From Epiperipatus broadwayi (Eukaryota; Animalia; Onychophora), in the NCBI GenBank assembly GCA_028023455.1, contig JAQFVV010000003.1:6448001-6512000 (forward strand): DNA of 64,000 nt, in the 5' to 3' direction. Shown here piece by piece: positions 14,540 to 26,775 of this stretch. Position 1 is the first letter of the stretch. Every line of letters starts with the position of its first letter. The notes below the pieces were generated by a model that searched no databases, was not told the DNA's origin, and worked only from the letters and a program-made list of their open reading frames with translations. The position numbers were made by a program, and so were the translations under genes.

Positions 14540-14797
14540 AATTAAATATTTCCACAGATTGTTATCACAATAAAATATATAAATAAAGAGATATATCCAT
14601 TTAAATAAAAATAACCTTTAAACATTGCCAAAAAATTATTAATTACTACTACTTGACAATCTTTATAGCCAAATCAATTTTTTTTATTCAACTTATAATA
14701 CCTCCTTTGTTTGAGTTTTTGTTAAAGATGATTTCTATTTAAATGGATATTACCTCCTCATTTCTATTCTTTATTGTGATAACAATCCATGGAAATA

Positions 14798-14804
<7 letters not shown>
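14540..14804. repeat. MITE-like or fold-back element with 35-bp terminal and about 29-bp internal inverted repeats
   Basis: AATTAAATATTTCC(AC/AT)(A/G)GATTGTTATCACAATAAA is inverted at the two ends. ATATCCATTTAAATA...CTTTAA is also inverted internally. A partial copy lies near 14231-14280. Confidence 0.8.
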
Positions 14805-14836
<32 letters not shown>

Positions 14837-14949
14837 AAATTTTATTATAAAACAATAATTATGGTTGTATAATCTACATTATAATATAGTCTAATGTCAC
14901 ATAATGTTTCAGAGATGTAGTCATCTGTAAGTAATAATATGGTAATTCT

Positions 14950-15315
14950 TTTTGAAAAAAAAAGATGAGAAAATTAAGCCTTCTTCAATTATAATATGAT
15001 CAATAATAAAACTATTTAAAATTCATTGCATTCTGTGAACAATTAAATCTTATACACATCCTGAGTAACTAAAGATCTAATACTTGAGATATCTGAGAAA
15101 GCTTATGAAATCAATAGATATCAGATGGTATAGTGTGTACACTGGATTCCAAGAGATTGTAAAACACCCAGAAAGAGACCACATGTGAGAAGGATGGATG
15201 AAATAAGAATGTGTGCAGGGGTAATGTGGAGAAGAGAAGCTAAAGATCGGTGAAGCTTGGATTGACCTTGGAGAGACTTTCATCCTGCAGTGGATTGAAA
15301 ATGGTTGATGATAAT
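14950..15315 (+). mobile_element. RTE LINE 3' end (same family as 60-960)
   Basis: Encodes HWIPRDCKTPRKRPHVRRMDEIRMCAGVMWRREAKDR and ends in the CTTTCATCCTGCAGTGGATTGAAAATGGTTGATGATAAT tail. Confidence 0.8.
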
Positions 15316-15358
15316 AGTGCTATAATATATACATTCTAAACTGATATCTGACTTTTAC

Positions 15359-15387
15359 CTTCATCATTAAGAACTTAAGATTCAAAG
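15359..15387 (-). CDS. Candidate 29-nt internal exon (xLNLKFLMMK)
   Basis: Acceptor TTAGTTTCAG and donor AAG/GTAAAA. Only one frame is open, and it is phase-compatible with the 19.0 kb exon. Confidence 0.25.
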
Positions 15388-16349
15388 CTGAAACTAATGG
15401 TTTATGCATGTATCATCTAGGTTTTACTCTTTTGTACTGTTCATGCAAATAGTTTTGTAAATCCAACTCCAGATCAATTTCTGTATACTTTATTGTTGAA
15501 GACAAAAGCTAGAAACTGATATAGATATTACAGTAATCCCAGTGATTACTCACACTTACAATAGATGGCTCTAGAATAAAGTGAAGATAACTGTTTTCAA
15601 AATTTATGTATAGTAAGTTGATAAAATCATATAATGTTGCTTATATTGTCTATATAAATAACTCTTAGTTTAAAAATCCTACAATTTTATATAAGACCTT
15701 AATTGCTTTTCTGTTTTTTAGGTTGTTTCTCTACTTGTGGTCAATAATCTACTATGTGATGGCCTATTAATTGTTTTGATTCTGTTCTAATTCTCTATAC
15801 ATTATTAATAATCTTATGTAATATATAATCTTTTATCAAAACGAATGTCTAGGTTGCTTTTTTGTCTCTGTTACTTATTTCCTCTTCACACCCTATCAGT
15901 AATGTATTACATGACAATTATGTTTCACATTCTGATAATTAGATATTATTGTTGATGATTGTGCAATTATATATGTTTGAGTTATATTTATTATTATGTA
16001 GCGTTTTTTATATTGCAACAAATTCATTTAAACTGTGTAAAAAAGATTAATTTATTTGAATTTTTGCAATAAAAACCTATTTATAAATGTAGACCAAATG
16101 TTGAAATAACATTAGTTGCAAGCAGGTAAAAATTTATGAATAATATAGAATGCGTTAAAATGTAAATAGAATTCAAAATGCATTAAATATAACTATAGGT
16201 AACCAATAAAATGAATATATAATTAACTTTTCATTACTATTTGTATAACAATTTTTTTATTATGTGAAATTATTTAATAATTTAAATTACTGAATATGAT
16301 TCTAGTTATTGATTGAATAAAAACAATTAAGGATTTATAATATTGTAAT

Positions 16350-16740
16350 ATTCCAGACAAGTATTAATCACAAAAAGTAGTCCTCAGATGTAAAAGTTGG
16401 TATCCAGAGTAATAAAAAACTTTAAGGAAGATCTATATATTCAAGGACAATACACATGTATAATTTATATTTATTTTCTATTTATGTTGTATATTTTATT
16501 TTATATTAACTGGATTATTTTATTTGGGTTTGATTATTTATTTCAGTTTTATTAGTTTTTTTTATATCTTTTATGTTGTTTTTTATTGTTTACATTTTTT
16601 ATGGTATTAGTATATAGTTATGTATTTTATTTTATTTTGTTCATTATATCATAACTCTGAAGAAGACTGCAGAACAGTCAAAATGTATGTGTATGTATAC
16701 ATGTACAAATAAAGAGTTTTGCTAAAAAGTGTTCGAAGTT
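16350..16740 (+). mobile_element. Penelope-like element 3' remnant: GIY-YIG C-terminus, T-rich tract, hammerhead-like core and AATAAA
   Basis: Frameshifted INHKKxSSDVKV..QSNKK / FKEDLYIQ resembles the Penelope NHxxDWxxVKIL..ExN..KEAxYI motif. It is followed by a T-rich tract, CTGAAGA A GACTG CAGAA CAGTC AAAA (16657-16683) and AATAAA. Confidence 0.6.
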
Positions 16741-17984
16741 GTTTGTATAAATTGTATTTATATTACAGCAAAATAAAGAAAACTGTAATTTTGGTAATAT
16801 TTATATTTTTTCTTTATATATTTTTTATTTTTATAATTAATAGACTACCAGAGATCCCAGATTAACCTAGAACTTTAATCTTCTCACTAGTAACAGCTAG
16901 ATACCAATGACTAACTATGTTAACTTAACTCAGACTCAATGCCTAGGAATTGCAATATGGATGTGTTAAAGAATTACTTTTTTATTTTGAGTTGCAACAA
17001 AATGGATATATATTTTAGTTCATTTACATATACACATTTAATAACATTATCATATTAAAAACTGCAGGAAAAGATCTTCCTATTTTCTTCTCCAGTAATA
17101 ATAGATATAGAAAAAGCAGATATTAGTCGATGACTATTAGTTGGGACTTTTTCACAATTTATTTTCCTCATATTATTTTCAAGTCAAGAATAGACAAATA
17201 TATAGTTACTAAATACATTGGATATTTTCAATATCTGAAAAACTTCCATTTCCATTTTGGATTTGATTAACAAGTCAAAGTCGTAACAGTTATAATGCAT
17301 TAATAATAACACTACAAGATCCTTATAAGTGCAACAGCCAATTAATAACATATATACAGAAAGAAAAAGTCAGAATCAATAACAATGATAGTAATTCTGC
17401 TTTCTCAATTATACAATTATAAATTGAAGATAGTTTGAATAATAAAATGGGAAAACTATTTAAAAAGTTGTATTCAATTTTTGTATATGTGTGTACTTAC
17501 ATAATATACATTTTAGAAATGCTCTGTATTTTACTTGCTAATTAATTCTGTTACAATTTTTTTTAAAAAAAACCCAGATTATTTTAATTACTTCTGGAAA
17601 GCATCATGATTTAAATATCCTCTCCTTTAATTTTTTTTACATTGGAACACACCTCAGAATAGCCAAAGAATAGCATCTCTCTAGCATAAAATCCCATTAC
17701 AAAAATTGATACCAATGATGACTCAGATAGAAGAGAGTAGTGACTAGTGACTATTTATCCAGTTTCAGATTATGCTATTACTTAAATTTGTTATCCAAAA
17801 TAAGAATGATCAATTGTATATGTTCATACAATTATACAAATTGTCACTCCAACAGGGATAACAAAATCATATATTTATTAAGTTACAATATATATATAAA
17901 GAGGTAGAGAAAAATATAGGCATTTATTCTCTATAATGTACATCATTGCTCAGCTGTCATTTCATGAAACTAAAGATTGGGCCC

Positions 17985-18180
17985 ACTGCAGAATGTAAAT
18001 TTTGACTGAAAAAATTCCATCTCACTGCCCGCACTCAAACCCAAATGACATCATTAATTCATCATATATAAGTAAATTATATATATTTTTATTTGTAACT
18101 ATGATCCCCTGGGTTAGAGCTTGTCTTGTCCATTTGCAATTCCAAATTCTGGATTCAAATCCAGACAGGAAAAACAGAAA
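17985..18180. mobile_element. Decayed tRNA-derived SINE fragments
   Basis: B-box-like GGTTTGAGTGC on the minus strand (about 18035) and GGATTCAAATCC on the plus strand (about 18150). Confidence 0.35.
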
Positions 18181-19009
18181 TATCTTAAGGATACAAATAG
18201 GTTTAAATTTTTTCTTTTAGGTAAAGGATTTGCAGTCAATTCAGCTAACTATATAATTATTTGCTGATTAATTGGCGGCAACATTATCTCTGTTGACATT
18301 TAGAATTCTGTAAAACAGGTTTTTGCCTTGCAATACATTTTTTTAAAAATTTGTAATGCAGGTGATTACATTCAAAAATCTGAGGTTCAAATATAAGTAA
18401 ACTAGAGACTTTATTAGAAGGGCAGAATTTTTCTTAGACATAACTAACTCAGCTAATCATATAATTATTGTTTAATAAATATAGATATTCTTTGCTACAA
18501 GGTAAAACAAAGTAAAAAAAAAAGAATGGCATTTGATAAGAGTGGTATTATCTTTTCATCATTTTTCTGTACAGTGAGATATTGAAGAGATCATCACACT
18601 GCAACGCTCATTTAAATACTGTTTACCTCATATAATAAATTATCGTCTATACAAAGTTATATAATAAGCATGTGTGTATATATTTTTGAATATCATGAGT
18701 AAACATATTTGTTTAGAAAGTATCGATACAATCGCAGATATGAACTGTCTGTTAATAAATTTCAAGATATTTTTATTTAAAATTTGATATAAAACATTGT
18801 AATATATATATATAATGTTATTCTTTATAAACTACTGCTTCTTTTATAATAAAAGCTACATTAACTACTTAATACAGATGTGATTTACAGCAACCTTGAT
18901 ACTATATTTTTGATGGAAACATTATATAATGCTAAAGCGATGTAAATATCACTATAACATAATCAGTGTTTTAGATAGTATATTAAATAGGTGAATTAAA
19001 AAAAAATAC

Positions 19010-19091
19010 CTGGAGCACTTTGGTGGCGAGGGTGAAGAGTTTCATCTATGATTCTATTAGCTGGATTGAAAGACATTTTTTTGTCAGCCAT
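19010..19091 (-). CDS. Candidate coding exon of an unidentified gene, MADKKMSFNPANRIIDETLHPRHQSAP
   Basis: TCAAA-ATG-G start context, 27 open codons in a locally GC-richer patch, and donor CAG/GTATTT at 19010/19009. A possible in-frame acceptor lies at 19103. No homolog was recognised. Confidence 0.5.
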
Positions 19092-21497
19092 TTTGACTGT
19101 ATTCTCAGTGAAATAAAAATAAGACTGGAATTTACAGGAAGTTCAGATTGACTTAAGATACGATGTTCACTTTTACTGATATAAAGAACTAATATTAGAT
19201 ATGTTTACTATGAATCTCTGATAAAATATTTTCCCCCATTTTTTAAAAAATTATTGATAACAATTATCAACATTATTAGCATGATAAAGAAACACGCACA
19301 CACTATAAACTTTATATACTTCAAAAGCATAAAAAATCATTATCACTGCATATTGTTTAACAATAGGAAAAGTAAATTAAATGGAATTCAGTAGCTCTGT
19401 CGAAAGAGTACTTCCTTAAAATGTTAGGATGCAATCATATTGGAATCATATATTTTTATAATCAGTGTAGGATACAACCCAATTAAACAATCCATGTTGT
19501 CTTGACCATTTATTAATCAATACTGGATTGGTATGAGCCAACTAATTATTTAAAACATAATAAGGACTAGTACATTAATCTACTTAATAATCATTTTATT
19601 TTTTTATAGATCACAAAGAATAAATAATTAATTCAGTTAGATATTCAGGAAATCATATACTCAAGCATATAAGTGGCAGATTCAGCATAGCAATTTTATT
19701 CAATTAATCAAACAAAGATTTTTTTTTACTTTTTCTGATTTGAATCAATCCTGAAATCTAATCTTAAACTCCTAAATCTGTCATTATGCTAAATCATAGG
19801 CAGTTAAATAATTACGTGTATATATCAAACAATCTCTACTTTGAATATATAATAAAAAGTACAACTATCTTTGACAATTACTTAGTCACAATAAATGACT
19901 CAATACAATTTAAAATATAGTAGTCTTACCATAACCAGATTAAAAATCAAAGATCACAACTTATCATAATTTCTTTAAGTTAGGCTGATATATCAGTTGA
20001 TGTTTATATAACTACCAATTGCTTATAATGTAATCTTTTTAGTAAAGCTTTGCAAAATCTATCATTTAAAAAATCAATCTTTATCATTAGTACTTGCTTA
20101 TAGTAAAAAAAAAATTGTCTCATATGTAATTAAAGAATGGAAATATGGTTGCATAGAAAGACAATCCTACTGTCACAATTAGTACAGAGAAATACTCAAT
20201 AATAAAAGAGACTTATAATAACTCGGACCTGAGTGACTGAAACAGAAAAATAAAAAAGTAAATGTGGTTGTTAGTATAGAAAAGCAAGAATAAAAGGCCT
20301 TGAATTAATGTTGAAATGAGGAACAAAAGATAGGACAAAAATGATAGAAAATATAAATTTGCATTAAACAAAAAAAAAAATGACCAGAAAGGGAATGTAA
20401 GGAAATAGAGAAATTGTAAAGACAAGGCAGATTTAATTTAATCTATTGTAAAACAAACAGTTTGTATGGAAAAAAAGTGAAATTGCAGGAAAGAAACAAT
20501 AATTTAAGACAGAACTAGAAAAATATTAGCAAAGAAAGTAAATGTATTAAAAATATAAGAAACAATAACTGAATATATTATATTTAATAATAATAATAAT
20601 TTAAAATAAATGGTAAAATCACACCTGATGTATTTTTAATATGATGACTGCTTGAAAAATGTTGGTGATCCTTAACAAATGTCATTTCTTAAAAAAACTA
20701 CTATAAGGAATAGTCCATAGTATGTGAAACAACATATAAATGTATCACAGAAACAGTGTAAAGCACCTAGATGTTATACTTTACTAGCAAATCAAATTTG
20801 ATGTACTAGATGCATTCACATTTATTAGTGTATTGTACAGTTATGAAATATTGTTAATGACAACATATAGAATATAAATAATCTTGGCATTTAAAAAAAA
20901 GCTATAGACATTATTGAGAATTGAAAAACTACAAAAAAAAAAAAAACAATAAGGTACTATACAAAAAAATGTAAAATTTTATTGGGAAAAGTTGTAAAAA
21001 AAAAAAGAATTATTTGGATATACAAATTAAATGAATGATGAGTGAAAAAAAAATCATTTTTTTAATATTACACATAGCACAAGCAAAATAGAAATACCCC
21101 ATAGATTATATACAGGCATATTAAAGAATGAGGTGGAACTTAGTGGCATTCACTCAGACTTTTTGCAGAGAACAAAAAGGTGTAAAGAGTGGGTGAAGTA
21201 ATTAAAATATGTAGTGAGTGGGTGACAGTCTTCACAGGCTTTTTGTGGCCACTCTGCAAGTACTATACCCATGTATATAAAACTAATAGTTTCCATATGG
21301 AAATCAGACATTATTTTGGTGAGCTCCTTGAGCGAAATAGCAGATTATGCAATAATTCCAATTAATGGGAGCACTGGCAGTATTACAGAGTATTACTACG
21401 GCTTTTATAGTCACTTGAAATAAAAATGATGACTTGCAATTTAAGGCTTTCTATAGAGTAATCTTCTCTTCACTAGAAATGCAATAAATATACTTAC

Positions 21498-21538
21498 CTT
21501 AACAATGGCTGTATATTCAAATAAAAAATGAAGATCTT
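21498..21538 (-). CDS. Candidate 41-nt exon (xDLHFLFEYTAIVK), coding or 5' UTR
   Basis: Acceptor TTTTTAG and consensus donor AAG/GTAAGT. Confidence 0.3.
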
Positions 21539-21699
21539 CTAAAAATTAATTATTTAGCATAATGCTATTATAATTGTGCTTCTGGAGACTCATCATTTTT
21601 TTGTTAATGCATGTATTCTTAAAATTTCTGGATTTATACTAGCTATTGATAAAATGCACTCTAAACATAGAATAGCTACTTTTATTTCAAACTATTTTA

Positions 21700-24010
21700 T
21701 AAACCAAACAATTTTCATTGAAGATGGTTAAAATGATATTGAAATTATAATTCAGATAGATCCTTTTTTATATATGAAATATTTATAACTCTTCCAATAC
21801 AAATTGGCCCTACCCTCCTCTACCAGATCTTCTTACACCTTCTGGTTTATATGATGGTTTTAATTCTCATAGTAGTATTTTTGAGGTATGCAAATGAGGA
21901 TCAAACAGATTATCAACTTATAGAATGGATGGATTCAAACAACATGCACTTATTTTATGATCTCAAGTAAGAAGACATTTTATTCAGGCAGATCAAAAAC
22001 AAAAACAAATCCTGATGTAGGTTTTGTTTTATAACAAAAAAAAAGATTTACCATTACCTTCTGAAATTACTGACATGATTATTTCATCATAGATAGTATA
22101 AACAAAGTTTGAATGCTTATTACAAAATTACCCTATTCCAAGATAAAATTTAAGAAAAAATAACTGGAGTTGGATATCTTGAAAAAGATATTAATAGAAT
22201 TGCCATTTCATTCTTATTATGAGAGATTTAACAAACTCAAAACAACAGATGTCAGATATCATTTGTGAATAACAAAAGCAATTCATTCCAGGTTGGCACG
22301 AACCAGCAATTATCTTTATAGTCACTTTTTGACTACTAATTATCTGTAAATTTCTGACAAATTATAAACTCACTAAATGATTCCAAAAAAGAAAAATGGA
22401 GAGTAACCATAGAGGATAAAAACTTTACAATATCTAATTATAAGACCTGGTTCCTTTTATGAAAGTTTGGTGCTTATAAACATACTGCTACAAGAACTAC
22501 TTCTGTTATTACTAATAAGATTTTTAATTTTATATGTGAGATTTTTAATCCCAAATGGATAGAATAAGAAAAACATGATTAGAGCAAAGTTGCAAACATC
22601 TCTTTCACAGCGTACCACTTACATCAGTGTGATAAAACCTGTAGATGTGGATCAACTTGAACTTATCTTGAATGTCTTAAGCCATGAAAAACAAAAGCAA
22701 ATAACATACTTCTAGAGTTTCTGAAAAATTTAAGTCCTAAAGTCAAAGCATAGTTAGCAAAATTATTTAATATTATTATTTGTATTTCTAAATGTTGGCA
22801 TAAAGGCAAAACTATAGCACTCTTAGAATCAAATCTAAAAATAATCCTTCCATACAAGCTTTATGAAAGAATTTTGTCAATAGATGAGTATCATTTACCT
22901 ATAGATTAATTTGGATTTAGGTCAGGAAAAAAGCTGCTGTGAACAAATTTTATCTTCAACAACTCATATTGAAAAAGGGATTTCAAAATAAATTAAAAAT
23001 TAGTGCTCCCTTTATTGATTTAACCCAAGTTTATGATTATGTGGAGAAAATTAGTTTTGTAAAAGTTTTTAAAGTTATTAAATATGTAAAAACCATTAAT
23101 CTAATTGCTATCCAATAAAAAAAAATCATGTGATACTAAATAATAATAATAAAAAATCATTTCCTAAAATAGAAAAGTCTCTCAATAGGGATATGAAAAG
23201 ATTGGAAATCTTTTTCAAAGATTGGACTCTATTTCTAATTTAATAAAAACATTGTGCTGAAATAAAATCCTGTCCATGAATATTTATAATAATCTTGGAT
23301 TAAAGCCTAATTAATTTATTTTTCTCAGTTAGATCAGCATAAATCAAAAATTAATTTCTAGAACTGCACTTCCTGAAAATTAGCTGGCACTATCTGAGTT
23401 GTAATGCAAATACTTTATGGAGTTTTCTTTAGTACTAGTATATTCTGCTGCTGAATATTATACCCAAATTTGGAAAAAAATTCCACAATAAACTTCTGGA
23501 TAGTCAATGATGCTCTCAAATCTATTTTTTTGCAGTGTTTTCCCGTTCTTTCATATATTCCTCTACCAGATATCAAAAAAGAATTTGTCCTATAAAAAAA
23601 AAGTTGTCAACCAGATTCGACTTACCAATAACTCAAGGTATAATTTCATACAAATCAAGATTCCCTTTCTGGATGCTCAACCAAAATATACAATTAAAGA
23701 ATTATGGCATAAAAATGGAATTCTTATGATGTTCTAAATAAAGGTCTTTTTCTAGATCCAACAATAAAACCAATTGGATATGATGTCCTTAAATACATCT
23801 GAAATCTCATCAATGGATTAAGACAATCCATGATTGTTGTGCTCATCTATTTCACAAATATTTCTCAGCCACTGATATGTAAATGTGGTCAATCCTAAAA
23901 TATGAGCTGCACAGTTAATAATTACTGAATCTATGGCTATAGTGGATCAATTGAAGGAGTTAATATAGCCACTGATCAATCTATTTTCTGTTTGGAATCT
24001 CTATAGATCT
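21700..24010 (+). mobile_element. Degenerate Ingi/Vingi-clade LINE (APE, RT, C-terminal Cys region)
   Basis: APE: WPYPPLP, DGFNSH, EWMDSNNMHLFYD. RT: FGFRSGK..CCEQIL..TTHIEKG..FIDLTQVYD (about 22911). YSAAEY at 23441-23458, and a CKCG near 23880. Confidence 0.8.
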
Positions 24011-24730
24011 TTTTATGATATTTTGTTAATAGTTAAATTGTCAAAAAAAATTCCAGATATTAATTAAATAAAGTAAAATGTAATACAAAGTAAATACATT
24101 TTAGACACATGACATATGTGGTTTTATAATAAAAAAAAAAGACTACATTAATAATAAGCCTATACTGTGTAATGGTATGCATCAAATTTTCACAGTTTAC
24201 ACCTATATAGACTCTTGTGTTTTCCTGAAGGTTTGTGATGATGACATTCTAGTTGTATTTTTATATTGGACTATTTCCATCATCTAATATATGTATTGAT
24301 GTCTTTATAAAAATTTATTTAAATATTCCAAATACATTCAACTGTTAGTAATAGCACATCAAACAAGTTAGTATATGCATAACATTTCAATAGGTATTAT
24401 TCTCCTCTCTTCTTCAGGTGTTACTATTCAAGAGGCCTTTGCTTTTATAATGGGATATTTAATACTTTACATTAGTTATACCTAAATCTGTTGACATGGA
24501 ATGAACAAATAAGAACATTGCTGCCAAAAAAAGTACACAACCACACCCATATGCAATATGTATATATATACAAAGAATACTTCAAAAATAAAACCAGATC
24601 TTAAAATTTACATTTTATAAAAACAACAACAAAAAAATCATCTAGCTCTTTAAGTTTACATTTCATCTGTTAAGGGTCACAGTGACATCTTTTTCCTAGA
24701 AGTAATTTAAAAGAAGCATTGAGTAATCTC

Positions 24731-24749
24731 TGGCCACTAGATGGCAGTA
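24731..24749 (+). promoter_or_regulatory. CTCF-type motif
   Basis: TGGCCACTAGATGGCAGTA fits the CCASYAGRKGGCR core. It lies in unique sequence about 500 bp from a CpG-retaining patch. Confidence 0.55.
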
Positions 24750-25239
24750 AAAACAGATTCCTTTGGTATTTATATATAGATGTCAAATTCATTGCTTAAA
24801 GTAGGTAGCATGAATAAGAAATAGAATATTAAAACTAAAAGATAATTTTATGTTAATGTTCAGAAGATATGATATTCAGATTTTAGAGTGATGGGTTGAT
24901 TACAAAGATTTATTAAATTGATGTTGTACATAAAATTGATTCAAAGCAGATTTCTGTCATCATCAGTTAATTACAGATAGAAGACTTCTTCCTATAAAGA
25001 TGTGCCAAGCTTTCCTTTTTCCATATTGATTTAGCAAACCTTTTATTTCATTCATCCACCTAAATCAACATTTTTTTGATATCCTAAAATTTGTATATGC
25101 CTTCCCCCTCCCCCAATAAAATGTTGCAACATTAAAAAAAAAAAAATTAAATAATTTTATAATAATCTTTAAAGATGAATGTTTAGCAAAGTGAAATAAT
25201 TAATAATAAGTAAAAAAAAAAAACCTCTTCCAGTGTTTC

Positions 25240-26000
25240 ACCTTTTAAGCTTTCGGTGGCAACCTGTTACTAGGCCCTGCTGTTACAGATATTAAAAAAA
25301 AAAAAGAATAAAAAAATATATAAAGATATAAGTGAAAATATTTCTTTTAAAAAAATCATTCTCCGCATTTACTTTTACAAAAAAAAAAGTTTCAAATGAT
25401 ATAATTATTATTTAATAATGAATATTTTTAATTCACAAACATTTTAACTAAAAAAAATAAGTTGGATTTAATATAAAAGCTTTCAGATTTTTTTTGACAA
25501 GCTGTTACCATTAAAAGGAATGTGAGAACAAAGTAACAGCTACCTCATTTCTACCTTTGTTTTGAAAAATATATTCAAGAAAAAAAGTCATTTACACATA
25601 AGGCAAAAAAATGAGTGTCGAATTCACAATATTAGAAAATGAGTGAAAGAAAAAAAAATCACGCTATTATAATGATTAAAGTCAAATGCTAAAAATAAAT
25701 ATCGAAAATAATTAACTTTTAAAAGTAAATATAAAAGTTTATAATAATAAAAAAAGGAATAAAGACACAATTTTAAACTAAAGCGATTTTATTTATTATA
25801 CAAATGAAACAAAATTAAATGTGAAGCATTATAACGACATACGGACTCTTACAGATATAATATAAAAACTGGGAAAATTTCATTTAACGTTTTTCATAAG
25901 ATTCTAAAAATGCGATGGTAAGTATTATAAGACCAATCGAGATATCTTAATATTTATTTGTATACCACCGTATACGAATTTATTTAAAATAAACTTAAAA
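25240..26000. promoter_or_regulatory. CpG-retaining, promoter-like patch
   Basis: 13 CpGs counted in about 760 bp, versus about 1 in 20000-21000. It contains a GGCAAC RFX-like half site and a GTAAGT donor at 25918. Confidence 0.45.
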
Positions 26001-26394
26001 AATAAAAAATAAACCTTCTAAATCATGTCAAGGTGCAATTTATTAAAATGAAATTGAATTACATTAATTTATATTTACATATAATAGTTGAAAATTTATT
26101 AAAAATAGAATTTGTTATATATTCTTCAGCTTTCTGAGTGAGATATTATTGAATCTATGATTGTAAAAGCCCGTTATTGCATTGAGAATGTAAAATGAAT
26201 GAACAGCTTACTAAAAAAAAATTACAATATTTCATAGTGAATTTAAACATGGATTTCATAGGAGAGGTAGAACTCTTTTGCATTTTAAAAATTATCGTTA
26301 ATTTACTCTTTAAAAAAGCATAGTTTTGATTATTTCTGTTTGGGAAAACATCCAGAAGTTAGAATGCAATGAAAAGTTACAATTAGATAGGATA

Positions 26395-26775
26395 AATATA
26401 GGGGATTTGAACTCAGACTTTCAAGCAACATTCAACTATCCACACTATCTCATATGACCACATGCATGTAGAAAAGATAAATAATCACCAATATATGTAT
26501 TTCGTGCTGAACCAGCACTCATCAGTTGGTCCAGATTATCATTTTCCATATATATAATCAGTGCTCAGTTTATATTAAGATAGCAAATCTTTATACTTTA
26601 ATGGACATGCTTCAATCTACTCCAACCTCCAACTCTTCAGCCATCGATATCATTGAAAATCTAATGATAGAATACCCAAATCCCATACTGATGCCAATAT
26701 TGTTATTATGCCATGTTGACCTCAAGTCACTCTGACCCTCAGGTATAGGACAGTATCCATTTAAATACATAGAGG
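26395..26775 (-). mobile_element. Family A hammerhead-bearing repeat, near-full monomer
   Basis: Homologous to both arms at 51055-51692 and to 60641-60845. It contains a hammerhead and a B-box-like GAGTTCAAATCC (26414-26403). Confidence 0.9.
26481..26539 (-). ncRNA. Type I hammerhead ribozyme (family A), catalytic core intact
   Basis: ATAATC TGG ACCAA CTGATGA GTGCTG GTT CAGCAC GAAA TACATA TA TTGGT GATTAT: 11-bp stem I with a 3-nt bulge, 6-bp stem II and both core boxes. Predicted cleavage is between 26492 and 26491. Confidence 0.85.

Noticed and set aside
21180-21440. HDV-like ribozyme at the 5' end of the Vingi element
   Set aside because: A consistent double-pseudoknot pairing could not be assembled by eye.
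24940-24970. Minus-strand CTGATGA-TGACA-GAAA
   Set aside because: Stems I and III cannot be formed, and it is not part of a repeat family.
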